Origin: Lama glama
Lineage: Eukaryota
NCBI GenBank assembly: GCA_028534125.1
Contig: CM052817.1
Location: 73,038,001-73,102,000, forward strand
Direction: 5' to 3'
Length of the DNA stretch: 64,000 nucleotides
The translations under genes and the position numbers were made by a program. Below are positions 11,821-25,189 of this stretch, in pieces. Each line of letters opens with the position of its first letter. Position 1 is the stretch's first letter. The notes beneath the pieces were generated by a model. That model made no database searches, was not told the DNA's origin, and was given only the letters and a program-made list of their open reading frames with translations.

Positions 11821-12931
11821 GCAGTACAGGCGCTTCCTCTCTCGCCCCATCCACCCGAAGGGATTCTTCACTCAACACCCAGGGTCTCGGGTTCCAAAAG
11901 TAAGGGCTGGTGCTCGGTACAACGGGAAACTCTCAACCTCAGGAGTCCTTTGTAGCCTAGAGTGAATAAGGTGATACTATTTTTCTGCCTCAGGGAGAAG
12001 ATCTGGAATGAACTAAAAGGTGCAGGGCACCTACTACAGTAGATATCTAGAAGGAGACAAGACTATGTGAGGAGGAAAAAGGATTGGGCACAGCGGCGAG
12101 AGGACAAAGCTTGCAGTGACCGAGGTCATACTGGCCTGCCTATTTCAAGGCTTGGAAACCGCCCACCAATTCTGGTAAATGTCTGATGGAAGCCGCCCAT
12201 TTGTCTCGGTTCTGTCCTTGACTTCAGGACAGTACTTGTTTATGGGTCTGTTTCACTGGCAATAAAATGACAGTGACGCTTGCTGCTTCACCATCTGATA
12301 GAGAGGTTCTGAGATGGGGTTAAGTATTAAACTCTCGGAGTCAGATATAATCAAGAACCGTAAGCATGAGGAAGGAAGGGTGCATCTGTAAGTAAGGCAG
12401 ATTCCTATAAGACTGCAGTTTTGTTCGTTAATCATCAACACTTCCTTCCCTGAGAGAGAGAGAGAGACAGTCACAGTACCTTTTTTTCAGCCAAAGAACC
12501 TTAGAGCAGGTGAAAGATAAAACATGCAATTGAACTACACCAGTAAACTCACACAATAAAATATTATTAGAATTGGAGTTTCTGATCTCTAATCTTTAAA
12601 ATTAGTCTGTGAAAATACTTTATAAACTGCAAAGGACTATTTAAGTAGGTGTTATTAATAACACTAACAGAGAAAATGCAACAACTGCTAAAATTCACGA
12701 TCTTGAAAACACTATTCCATTTTTCTGTTTCCTTTAAGATAACTTGATTTATAAAATGACCCAGAATGAGACTTAAAGTCCAGATCAGGATCTAATCTGA
12801 GTAATGGTTTTCTTCCTCTGACAACTGGTTAAAAACAATGGCCTTAAAACTGAAAATAGTTTTTGGAAGTAACAGCCACAAGTGCACACTTGAAGTTTCT
12901 GTTCCTTAAAGGTTTGAGGAGACACTCGACA

Positions 12932-14766
12932 GTGGCGACATGCTCCTGATGTCAACTATACTACAGAGCTATAGTAATCAAAACAGTGTGGTCCTGGCAC
13001 AAATACAGACACATAGATCATTGCAACAGAATAGAGTTCAGAAATGAACCCATGCACCTATGATCAATCAATCTATGACAAAGTAGACAAGAATATACAA
13101 TGGGAGAATGACAGTTTCTTCAATAAGTTGCATTGGGAAAACTGGACAGCTACATACAAAAGAATAAAACTATACCACTTTCTTATACCATATACAAAAA
13201 TAGACTTAGAATGGATTAAAGACTTAAATGTAAGATCTGAAACCATAAAAGTCCTGGAAGAAAACATAAGCAGCACTTCTTTTTTTTGTAATCTAATTTT
13301 TTTAAACCTTTTTTATTGAGTTATAGTCAGTTTACAATCTTGTGTCAATTTCCAGGGTAGAGCACAATTTTTCAGTTATACATGAACATACATATATTCA
13401 TTGTCACATTCTTTTTCACTGTGAGCTACCACAAGATCTTATATATATTTCCTTGTGCTATACAGTATATTCTTGTTTATCTATTCTACATACGCCTGTC
13501 AGTATCTACAAATTTTGAACTCCCAGTCTGTCCCTTCACCCCCCACTCCTTGGCAACCACAAGTTTGTATTCTATGTCTATGAGTCTGTTTCTGTTTTGT
13601 AGTGGTCCACTTTTTGACACTGGTATTTGCAATATTTGTGTGGGTGTTGGAGGATCTGTCTCCACAGGCAAGGGCAACAAAAGCAAAAATAAACAAATGG
13701 GAGTACATCAAACTAAAAAGCTTTTGCAGAGCCAAGGAAATCATCACTAATCAAAAAGGCAACATACTGAATGAGAGAAGATATTTGCAAATAATATGTC
13801 CAACAAGGAGTTTATATCCAAAATACACAAAGAATTCATATAACAAATATCAAAGAAACCAGACAGTCCAATTAAAAAATGGGCAGAGGACTTAAACAGA
13901 TATTCTTCCAAAGAAGATATACAGATGGCCAACAGGCACATGAAAAGATGCTCAACACCACTAATCATCAGGGAAATGCATATCAAAACCACAATGAGAT
14001 ATCACCTCACATCTGTCAGAATGGTTATTATCAAAAAAGGACAACAAGTAACAAGTGTTGGTAAAGATGTGGAGAAAAGTGAATCTTTGTGCACAGTTGG
14101 AGGAAATGTAAATTGGTGCAGCCACTATGGAAAACAGTATGGAGCTTCCTCAAAAAATTAAAACTAGAACTACCATATGATTCAAGAATTCTATTCCTGG
14201 GTATTGATATGAAGGAAACAAAAACACGAATTTGAAGATATATTCACCCCAATGTTCATTGTAGCATTATTTACAATAACCAAGATACAGAAACAACATA
14301 AATGTCCATTGATAGATGAATGGATAAAGAAGAGAAATGAACTCTTTCCATTTATGACAACATGAATGGGCGTAGAGGGTATTATGCTATGTGAAATAAG
14401 TCAGACAGAGAAAGATGAATGCTGTATGATTTTACTTATATGTGGAATCTTAAAAAGTGAACAAACAAAATAGAAAAGGACTTACACATACAGAGAACAT
14501 ACTGGTGGTTGTCAGGGGAGGGAGATGGGTAAAATAGGCAAAGGCGATCAAGAGGTACAAACTTCCAGTTATAAAATAAATAAGTCACTACAGGTAATAT
14601 ATAACACAGGGAATATAGTCAATAATATTGTAACGACTTTGTAAGGTGACAGATGGCAACTGGACCTGTGGTGATCATTTCATAATATATAAAAATATTG
14701 AATCATTCTTTCATACACTTGGAACTGTTATAGTATTGTAAGTCAATTGTACTTCAATTAAAAAAA
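12932..14766 (+). mobile_element. 5'-truncated LINE-1 (ORF2 3' part and 3' UTR)
   Basis: Frameshifted ORF2 peptides ([47 protein letters not shown]) and a 3' end ACTTCAATTAAAAAAA. Confidence 0.93.
13280..13601 (-). mobile_element. Younger L1 3' UTR fragment nested in the older L1
   Basis: T-tract then TTTATTGAGTTATAGTCAGTTTACAAT...GAGTCTGTTTCTGTTTTGT; same family as 57994..58265. The host L1 resumes afterwards. Confidence 0.8.
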
Positions 14767-17000
14767 GATTTTAAATCAGTAATATCTAAATTAGGCAAAG
14801 TAATTTCTAATATGTGCTTTATTTTATTACTGTTTCTGTTTGTGTAAAACCACTAAAAACATTTTTAATAGATTATTTTAGTTTTACTATTGATTTTACT
14901 TGTTTTATTGTTACTCAATTTCAAAGTTTAAATAGAGTAACAATAGCGTTTATGGAAAAACATGAACATCATTCATTGAAAATGTCTTTGCTATTTGAAG
15001 AAATACAGTAGAACTTTATGTGCTGAAAGTTTACTAGATATTATAGAAAGAGGTTTATAACATATCCTCATCTCAGGCTATGATTTCTCAAAAAAACAAG
15101 GGAATTACTAAAAGCGTGTGTGAAAATACTTCAGCCAAAATCACATCAGGCTGAAGAAATGAAGGATTCCTGCATATGCCAACATCACACATGTGCTGAT
15201 GAGAACACACCTCCCGGAAATAGCTTTTGAGGCCCTTTTATTTGCAGGTTTCCTTTTCAGAGAGGAATAAAATAATTTTAATTTTAGTTTTGATGTGAGT
15301 GTGTCATTTTGACAAACCCATTCTTTGATTCTGAAGTTTCGAAAATTGTCTCTTGTGCTCAGAACTGCTGGTGAACTGTTAACATCTTTTAAATTAGACA
15401 GAGTGTGGTTAAACTTCTTTCCTGTGAATTTAATGAAGGAAGGCTTTGGATGGCTTTAAAGCTTGGTTAACTTCACTTAATACAGCCAAAGGCTGTGAGT
15501 GTTGCTGAGTATAGAAGCTAAATGCTTTCTGGAGGGCTAAAGTATTCCTAGGCTACAAATTTGAGAGATTAAAAAGAACCCTTCAGAGAAATGGTACCCC
15601 AAAAGTCAGGCCAGAATTGTTTATCAAAGGAAAACAGAAGAAAACACTAGGCATGTATATTACTGATACAAAAGAGAGAGAGATTTACTGTTTGAATTAT
15701 CAGAGATGAATCATTTAATTTGAAAATAACATGAAATGCCCACAATCCAATGTATTTCTGTCTAGCTTTGAACAATTTGAAATTTCCAAATTGTATTAAT
15801 GTTTAACAATAAAGTAAAATTCTGTCTTAGCTCTCATATTCAATTGATGGTGCCCCCTTCAGTAACTGTTCGCATTGCTATCACCACTCCCACCTCCACA
15901 ATATGGATTTCAACATAATTTCTAATTCAGGTCTTTCCTTGTTTGGAACTACAGAAATATTTGTCCATGGAAAGAATCCTAAAAACAGTTTTTAGATACT
16001 TCCACAAGCCCACGATTAAGCTGATGTACCTGAAAATCTACTGTATTTCACTTATAATAAAAAATAGAGGAAGCTAATTTGTGGAAATACAATCACGTAC
16101 TATAGGAAAAAATTTAAAAGTATTGCTTGTTTGTGTTGCTTGATGGTAACTGGGTTATATGATACTTGCCTTCTGCTCAATGTACTCTAAGCACCTTGGA
16201 TACAGATTCATCTAATTCTCCCCTGTCCAGCTCAGATGTTCAGATTTGGAATAACCCAGGAATGCCCCACGTCAGGGCTGATGCTCTCTGCCAACCAGTG
16301 AAAACATTCAGAATCTACTGAGATAACTCAGCTCTTTTATCATAATCCCCTAAATGGGGCTCAGGAGAAGGCCCAAAGTGTTGAGATGGAAATGAAGAAA
16401 AGCTAGTCTGGACTTCTCTTTCTCCCTGTTCTTGGGGTTAAGCAACTGCAATGGAAACAGTTTAGACGTATGTGGAAAGGTCTGCTGGATGCACCACTAG
16501 AGAAAAAACCAAAATGCAGAACAAAAATGCTACGTTTGTGGGAGAAGAAAAAAGTTTGTAAATGCATGAACTATCTGCAGAGATTCAAGAAATAGAACTG
16601 TAATATAGGTTAATCTGAGAAAAAGAATTTGAGAGAGGGCAGAAGGTGGAGGTAGGAGATACATTTCACTGTGTACTTTTTCAAAATGTTTGGATTTTTC
16701 TCTCATTTGCATGCATTATGGTTACACACACATTAAAAAAAATTTTTTTAAAGCTTTTTTAGAAAGAACCAAGTGAAAGAAGTCTCCTGAGAGAAAGGTC
16801 TCAATGCTTTGATGCCTCAACATTTTTCACATGATGGAGGACTGCAATAAAATCCAGGCCCTTGAGAGAATGATCAGATGGTGAGGAGAAAACTGGAGCC
16901 CCCAGAGGCAGGACACCTGGAGGCTGGAGGGAGAGGAGGAGTCAGCCTGTTTTGAGCCATCTGTTCTGCCTCTCCCTGGAGGCAGTTCTGGGGAAGTTGC

Positions 17001-17730
17001 TGACAGGCAGGACTTTAGGGTGGCCCCCAAGATTCCTACCCCTTGGTGTACACAATTTGTACAATCCCTTGAGTGTGGGCAGAATCTGTGACTGTGATAG
17101 GATATCACTCCTGTGACCAGGTTTCTAATCAATTATCTGGGAACTCTAGGGAGATTATCAGGTTGGGCCAGACCGAATCACATGAATCCATAAAAGGGCC
17201 AAGCCCTTCAGGAAGTCAGAGACACCACCCCTGCTGGCCTGGAAGCAAACATCCATGTCAAGGACTGCCTACAGAGAAACACATGGCAAGGGACTGTGGT
17301 TGACATCTATGAGCTGAGAGTGGTCCCCTGCCAACAGCTACCAAGAAAATGGGAACCTTGGTCCTGTATCTGGAATTCTGTCAACAACTTCCAGCCTTGC
17401 CGGAGACCACCCCCCGCCCCAAGCCTCAGGTGAGAACTGCAGCAGTGTTTCTCAGCTAGAATGTGCCCAGATTGCTGTCTGACCAAACACTGAAATTATA
17501 AATGGGTGCTGATTTTTGTGTTTTTGTATATCATAGAACCTTTATTACTTTTCCTCTAGATTCTTAAATACTTATAAAATGTCCATGCTCTAGTGACGAT
17601 ATCATTTTATGGACATTTAGAATGTCTTCATTTATACATATTTTACATTTTGTTCGTAGAACAGATAATTTAATGAATGCTGTTTTAAACTGCTAAATTT
17701 ATGGTAATTTTTATGCAACAATTGAACACC
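17001..17730 (+). mobile_element. MLT1 (MaLR) LTR, interrupted at about 17516-17671
   Basis: GGTGGCCCCCAAGATTCC...CCCTTGAGTGTGGGCAG...GATATCACTCC and 3' end GTTTTAAACTGCTAAATTTATGGTAATTT are typical of MLT1E/F. Confidence 0.8.
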
Positions 17731-20399
17731 TTTTTGTTGTTGTTGTTAGAGGACACCAACGGGTTATGAGAGACCTCAGTGGATCCTGACCCTGGAAACC
17801 CCGGTCATTCTTTGTGAGAGCCAGAGGCTAGGTAAGCAGGAAAAGAAGGGCCAGTTTTGGGGGGTGCATTGTTTCTGCCTGTTTCATATCCTTCAAACCA
17901 AGTAGGCTAATCTTTGCCTCACTGAATCTAAACTTTGTCATATAGTATTCATTTTCAGTAAAAATTAATTAATTAATTAATCAATTTTTTTAAAAAACCC
18001 CACAAGCCCCAAAACCTTCTTTGATATTATATTTAAGTATTTAGGTTTCATTTGTTAATGCTTCTCCATTAATTTTTAAAACATAATAAATTACTAGCAT
18101 CCTAACAAATAACAACTTTTTATACTGCTGAGAAGACCCACATTATTTAATTTAAAACACGATCATTTCATTTTCTTATAAAATAAGTCTTTCCTCAGAA
18201 AAAATGCCATACCTGGAATAAGTTCTCCTTCTATCCTCCATCTCAGGTTCTTTCTTTATGTTTACCATCATTGTGCTGACAGCTACAGGTGTAATTCTAA
18301 GAAGAAATTTCCGGAATGACATTCTGGCCATTATCCCCATAGAAATATCACTATTCCCAGCTTTTCTGGCTTCAAGTTTATAATATAATTAGTGATACAA
18401 TAAAAGGGTTAAGCTGGTCTTGAGATCATCTTGCTCCAACACTGAAGCCCTTTGGAAGGAATGTAACCTCCTCCAAAAATAGGCTCCACCTGAATATTTT
18501 ATTTAGTCTAGGCTTAGATGGAGAGTCCCTTTCTACTCTACTTATTTACTAGGATTTTAGAAATATGCCATCTGCCTTCTGCCACCACTCCACTGAGTTT
18601 GTTCTTTTAAAGCTGTACTTGACCTACTTGCCGAGCCAACGGACACTTCTCTGTCCCCATCCTCCTTCACTTCTCTGCATCAGTTAGTCCTGTTGACCCC
18701 TGCCTCTTCACTGAAATATGGCCCACCCATCCATCACTTCCCCCTACCTGGCTTTCAGGATGATAGGTGTCTCGGTACCCTTTTCTCTCTTTCCATTCCC
18801 AAGTATCCAGTGCCCTTTTTATAGGCTCTAGAATATTTAGTCCCTTCCCCCAAGCACTGAGTTTCTAACATTTTTGCTCATTTACCCTCAGACAGAATTT
18901 TACAAAAACAATAACTCTCTTACACATTTTTAAGTTGATACTCATTTTTATCATCACTTTAAATGGTTGCAAAGGATCCAAGTCAGATGTTTAAAAACTC
19001 TTTTAGAAGTATCCAATGAAAATTATATATACTAATGATTTGATGCCCCCGTCATCCACTTAAAAACACATGTACAAGTTTAACAATTAGAAGTTTATGT
19101 TATTTATCTCCTTAAACTTTTATTCCACTTTCTCCATAGAATTTTCTTTTAATATTAATAGTTTACATGATTAAAAGTTTTTTCATCATACTTCTTTATA
19201 ATAAAGACATGTGGATATTGAAATTTTAAAAATTTATTTCTTCTTGCCATAGACTCTAAGTATTAATTTTTTAAATATTGAGTTATACAGTATAATTATT
19301 ATGAATTTATAATTGATTAGAAAGAAAAATAAATGATATATTTTGGTGAATAATTATTAAACAGAATAAACTTTTATGGAAAATGCATTTCTCAATGAGA
19401 TTTATGGGGTTTTAAAAAATTGTTCATGGTTGAATGTTACTGAAAGAATAAACCAGTATTCTATTTTAAAAAAATACATACAAAGAAAACTCTTTACATG
19501 CATAAAAGGAGACAGAAAGAGTTTTGTTATACTAATATCATTTGGTTATCTCAACTTCTTCTAAGGTCATATATTAAGAATTACATAGTGATCTATCATA
19601 AAAATTTTAAGTGATCTAAATACTATTTAGTACTTGAAATACTAAGTGGCTGAATAATTAAGTATTTCTTTTTCCTATTTTGTGGGGAAGTAGAGTTAGA
19701 AACCACCAGACTTGCCCAAGGACTTATTACTCAGTTATTAGAGTCATTCACTTTCTCATTTTTGGAGAAATATACCAGAAGGCTTTACCAAGACTAATCA
19801 AATTACTGCTAATGAAATCTCTTACTCCTTCACCCCAGAGGACACTTCTTTAACCCAGTAGGCACAGAAAGGACAGAGAACGTTAAAATACTGTTGACTT
19901 CAGTAACTTTTCCGATGAAATGTTGTTAGACATTTAAAGAAATCTTTTCATGTACTTCTGATTTTTTTTGTCAAAATCTGGAGCCGCAGATTTAGATTGA
20001 AGGGAGGTGTCCACTATGTAACACAGTTAGACACTCCTTAGCAATCAGCCCAACGAGATTTTCTATGAGAAAAATTCTAACTTCACTTTTCCATTCAAAA
20101 AAACTTGGTAATACAGGTGTTCTTGTGACAAGCAGCTAAATTCTGGCACAGTAATTCTGAAATAGATCGAGCGCTGAATAGAGCCATAACATTTTAGTTT
20201 GTCTTTTGACAACAAATAAGAAACAGTATCATGTTCATTGTTTCCTACTTCCTACTGACATTCTCTTCCCTCGGCTCTCTGGGCACTGGCTCTCCATTCT
20301 GATTTAGTCCAAATAGGGCATTTTCTTGCACTTTCTTTAGAAGAAGGAACTTTTCTGTAGTAATACAACTCCCAGAATACCTTTCACCACCACAGTTCC

Positions 20400-20510
20400 T
20401 AAAGGGGCGTGTCTTATGGTGCAGAACCGCTGAAAGTCCCGGGGTTGAATTGCACAACCAAGTTCTGAGACAATAGCAGGCTGTTTTCTTTCAAAGTCCT
20501 ACTTCCTGAA
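20400..20510 (+). promoter_or_regulatory. ALPK1: Putative ALPK1 proximal promoter motif cluster
   Basis: GGGGCGTG (Sp/KLF, 20404-20411), TGAAAGTCCC (kB-like, 20431-20440), TTGCACAA (C/EBP, 20450-20457) and ACTTCCTG (ETS, 20501-20508) in non-repetitive DNA just upstream of a perfect donor. Gene assignment from TIFA-ALPK1 synteny. Confidence 0.55.
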
Positions 20511-20623
20511 ATGGAGGCTGTTTATGAGAAACAGTTTATTTCAGGGAGGTTGTGCTATAATTAACTTTTTTTAGAGTTAGGTTTACTGATTTCAGAGTAT
20601 TTTTCCTCTTCTTCAAGATAAAG
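20510..20623 (+). other. ALPK1: Putative non-coding first exon of ALPK1 (start approximate)
   Basis: Ends at a consensus donor AAG|GTGAGT (GT at 20624-20625). Position about 9 kb from the TIFA island agrees with my recollection of human ALPK1 organisation. TSS not determinable. Confidence 0.55.
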
Positions 20624-22624
20624 GTGAGTGTCAGCCTTTTAATGACAAAACGCAGTAGATGGGGGTGCAAAAGATGGCATAATTTTTAAGGAAATATTTT
20701 CTTAAATTGTCAGCCCGTTTCCACCTCCTGTTCTCGCCTACATTTAAATAAGTTTAGAGCTCCAGGAAGAATATTTGCATTTCTAAAAACTCCTCAGATT
20801 GGAGAAGGGAGGAGGGCAGTGAAGGACTACCTAAGCAGTAAAGTTACATTATTGGGAAGTGGAGAAAAGAAACCATTTTTTTTTAAGGTTTTAATAATAA
20901 AGTTCTCATGTCATGGAGCTTGCTAGAGCTGCTATTGGACATCTGGCTTTATTTATCTCTTAATCAAGATGTTTGATTAAAAGAGTTGGCATTACTTATT
21001 TGAAAATTTAACCCCAGGATATTTGCCTGGAGTTCACAGGTGGTGATAACAGAAGCTATCACTTTTATGATGGGCTCAATAATTTTGCCAAGAAACAGAT
21101 AGATAGGCTCTTAGAATCACTTTTCTCATTTGGAAAGAACTGGCCGGAATTCTGGATGTGGAGAAGTGTTATATAGAGAGAAAATATCTAGGAAAACTTT
21201 GTGTTTCTATTTTAAAAAGTCCTTTCATTAACCAGTTTTAGCATTTAAAGTTAAGACTCTAGATGACTTAGGAAAGCCATAGCTTAAATCCTTCACAATT
21301 GTTTGGAATTTGCAGGTGGATAAGGGTACAAAGAGAGGCAGGATCAGATAGCAGGGTACTTATGTCACAACATAATGGCACCTCTGTTTGTAATATTTGC
21401 TTCTATCTCCCTCTTCCTTTTCTTTTTACTTCATAAAACTAATACTCTTATGAAAAACAGTATCTGCTTTTGGTTGGCTAATACCTCCTTGTTAAGAACA
21501 TTTTTAATTCATTACATGTAATCACTGTTGCTGGACGAGTCTATGCATAACGCTTCAGCATGGTCTCCACACCCTTCTGTTTCTCCTCTTTCCTCCTTGA
21601 CCTCCAATTCAATTGAAATAAAAAGAGCATTATAACTATACCACAGAAGCTGTGCACCCCTAGGGGTAGGTGGTGTGTCAGCAGATTACATGTCTGTACA
21701 ATGTGCATTACTTTGGGCAGTAGTGGGTGTAGGCTAATATACCACTTCGAAGACACACCAGGCCTAAACACCTGCCAAATCAAGTCTTTACACCCACTGA
21801 CCAAAATAATTTACTTCTGCCTTCCCTCCTCTTCCATCCAAATCCTGTCAACCTGCAGCCTGAAGAGAAACAAAGTACTTAACACTATTCTAATAATTAT
21901 TTACTCTTCATCTCAAATGTCTTTTTGAGTCTGAGATTAATTCTTCAAATTCTTCCCCTCACAAGACACCAGAATCTTAGACTATCCACTTGCGTGAGTA
22001 GGGAGCCAATAATTACTTTAAACTTTAAAAAAAAAATTTAATTAAAAAAGTCATATGTAAATTATGATGGATATTATAAATCTCACATAAAATAATACTG
22101 TTTAATGAGCATGACTGACTTAAGAAACCATCTCCCCTGAAGTGCTATGTGATCTAAATACGCATTTCAAAATATTTCTAAACTTCCATGGCTTTACCCA
22201 TTCTAAAATAATTTCACTGATCCCTTTCCCAGAACACAACACATGTACTACTTTTACTGTCCCTTAATCTGTTTCAGGGAATAATGGCTTTTCAAAATAA
22301 AATCCTCATTGTAAATGCCTTTCTTTTCTGAAATGTTGTGTCTATGAGTTGAAGAATTTTAACAGGAATGTGCATTCAAGCTTTTGGTGTAAACTCATTC
22401 CATATTTCTGCTGTTGTATTTGTTGCCTCCATATGGGGGACTCTGTTTCTTGTTATTGACAGTGACATCTACCATTGCAGGATGTTGTGATTTACTTTGT
22501 TTATAGAGTTCTGTGGGATAGACCAATTTAAAAGTAAGAATATTATCTGATGTCATCATTCTTCTATGTCTGAAGAACAGAAAGAGATGATCATAGCTTA
22601 AATATCAGTTACATATTAATTTAA

Positions 22625-22907
22625 TTTTCCCAAAGTATGGTGTACAAACTATTAATTTTAGGTGGCACATGTTCAAACTTTGAAAATTAGAGTTATACTT
22701 AGTTTAATGTGCATTAAAAATATAATTAGCTTTTAAAGTCTGATTTCATGCATAATACTGCTCAGGCAGCTGTTAAGTAAAAATAAAGCGAGCCAATTTA
22801 CTATTGCCTTTAAGGGAATGATTAAATAAATACTATTACAGATAATGTGGAGATATGGTAAAGACAGTGAAGGTAGCATGTGAATGACTGAAGTTTTGGA
22901 AATACTG
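22625..22907. mobile_element. Probable hAT-Charlie non-autonomous DNA transposon relic
   Basis: Ends TTTTCCCAAAG ... AGTTTTGGAAATACTG resemble CAGTGTTTCCCAAA terminal inverted repeats. Confidence 0.4.
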
Positions 22908-22999
22908 CCCTAAAGTGTTTGAGAAGTGGATATTTTGTAAACCAGTGCAGTATCTATGAACTTCACTGGTCATTGGTGACAGAGCTCAACTGGTAACAC

Positions 23000-23463
23000 T
23001 GTTACGGAAACGACAGGCCAGCCAAGAAACAAGCACCACTTGGAGGGTTGGAGTACTCAGATGTATTACGCCGGCGGGCTCAGAGGGGCTTCTGCTCCAA
23101 AGCTCTGAGCACCTCCAAGATGTGCACATGAGGTTTTATAGGGTAAAGTACAAGCTTGGGGTATTCGGCCAATAGGCATGGAACAGCTTTAGCATCATCA
23201 TTATCACAAAAGTGGAGGCAGGGAGGCAGCAAACCAACATTCCAAAGCCAGATATATATCTTTGAAAATCCAGCCGGCTAGCAAAAAACATGAACAGCAA
23301 ACCAACACTAATTAACTTAAATTTACAAGTTAGTCCAGCAGAACTCAGATCAGTATTCTAATACTTAGATTTGTGAATTATCTTGTTAGCCCAGCCCAGC
23401 CTCTCCTTCGTATTCCTAGACTTGTGAGTTATCTTGTTAGACCAGCCCAGTTTTTCCTTCACA
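23000..23463 (-). mobile_element. Young ERV1-type solo LTR (464 bp)
   Basis: TG...CA termini, perfect 4-bp target duplication ACAC (22996-22999 / 23464-23467), minus-strand TATAAAA (23140-23134), CCAAT (23169-23173), AATACA (23067-23062), and a 34-bp U3 repeat present twice. Confidence 0.85.
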
Positions 23464-25189
23464 ACACAATCTGTTGAATTTCCTAATTATAGATATACAC
23501 AGTATTTGATTAAAAATGTCTTATCAAACTTTATTAGACCAGCAGTCCTCATGAAATGTCATAAAATTAAAGGGATGCATAAGATAGCTAATATTTTTTG
23601 GAATAAGAATTATAAAGAAGGTGAATTTCCCAGAGTAAGCACTGTAGCTCCATTCTGCCCATTTCACGGAGACGCTACTATCTCTAAAGTGGGGGTGGGG
23701 TTGGGGCTGAAGGGTGGGCGTTGGGGAGGGGATAGCAAACATCATCTAGGTCCAGGGCCATTAACATATTCTGATATGTGCTGTTGGCCATTAAAATGGT
23801 CATATTGGTCATTTCTTTTGGGAAATTCATTCTAGGGAGGAAATAATTCAAAATATAGAGAAAATTCACAAAGATGTTCATCATAAAGTTATTTTTAATA
23901 ACTAAGAATTGTGAGCGTTCTTACAAAGGGAAAAGGTTAAGCAAAATGATGGATGAAGACGAGTAGCAGTGTAGAAAATGCTAAGTGAAAAATAGATTTA
24001 GTATTGATTAACTATTGTAACTGCCTAACACACATATAAAATGGTGTAGATATGAATTTACAAATATTCTAAGAGTGTTGTTTTATAGTGGTATATTAAT
24101 TGTTCCTTTTTCTCCCTTTTCTCTATTACTGTGTTTTTAATATGATATTTTTATATTGGCTTTTTATATTACTATATAATATAGTTATTACTATATATAT
24201 AATTACTTTTTTAAGAAAACAGAATGCATTAAACCATGCTGCTAAACAGTAAGTAAAACTGTGCAGTCTTTGGAAAGTAAGACTTTACCTTCTCTTTATT
24301 TGACGTACAAGTAACTTCCTATTTGAAAGAAGAGGGGATTGACTCAGGGCCGGAACAAGCATGTGTGGCAGAACCACAGAACGTAGGAGGAATTACCAAT
24401 TGGAACACTTCTAGTTGATTTTCTCGTGCTGCTTGTGCTTTACTTGATTGCTTCCGTGGCAATCATAGTTTTATTGCACTCAGCTTATTCTTCTGTTTTG
24501 AAGAAAAGAAAAAAAGGGAAGGAATGGGGAAGAGGAGCTTTACCTGATGTATGTGCTAATAGCTTCTTAGCTAGTTTCTTGTTCTTATGGATTCCCATAA
24601 CCTAGATTCATGGATTTATGTCTGCACATATTGTACTTAGGTTCAATTTTGCCACATCACTGTATATACTCCTATTGCACCTCAGAGTTTATTGTATCAT
24701 TGGCTTACCCAGGAAGCTCTGCTTAGAATCTTAACTTCAGCCCAGCTAGTTACTATGGTATATTCTCCATTGGTGCATAATAAAGCACCAAAAAACCTAC
24801 AAAATTGCCAGCGAAAGTCTTATCTATTTATAATTGTCGTTCTTTTCTGTAAAAAAAAAAAGTTTAGACCCTCATCATGTTTCTGATGTCTGATGTGCAT
24901 TTCCAAAAGTTATTTGATAAGAAATACTAGAAGCTGTTTGAACCGAGATTCCCTGCTACCCCGCAACTCCCCTCTTCCCAAGTGGGCAAGAGAAACTATA
25001 GGCAGATATGAGGAATTAGGTCGAGGCTTTCCAAGGCGCAGCTTGCCAGGCAGCTGAGAAGCAATCAGAAATACCCTTATCCTGTTAATTCTGGGCACGC
25101 AGGCTCCAGACTCTTAATGCAGATGAGGGAAAGCACCTCATCTTCCTTCCTCTCCTCAGGACCTTCCCGAGGGCACATTCTTTGAATAT

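Noticed and set aside
10859..11878. Overlapping Pro/Arg/Gly-rich ORFs (72-193 aa)
   Set aside because: Stop-poor by-product of the CpG island; low complexity, no recognisable family, several non-ATG starts.
13044..14161. Several 60-120 aa ORFs as host genes
   Set aside because: Frameshifted LINE-1 ORF2 fragments or their antisense frames; the same applies to 823-1165, 33822-34013 and 34894-35253.
58..14766. Inverted L1 pair flanking TIFA as a functional cassette
   Set aside because: Old, diverged, independently truncated copies about 11.5 kb apart; expected by chance at this L1 density.
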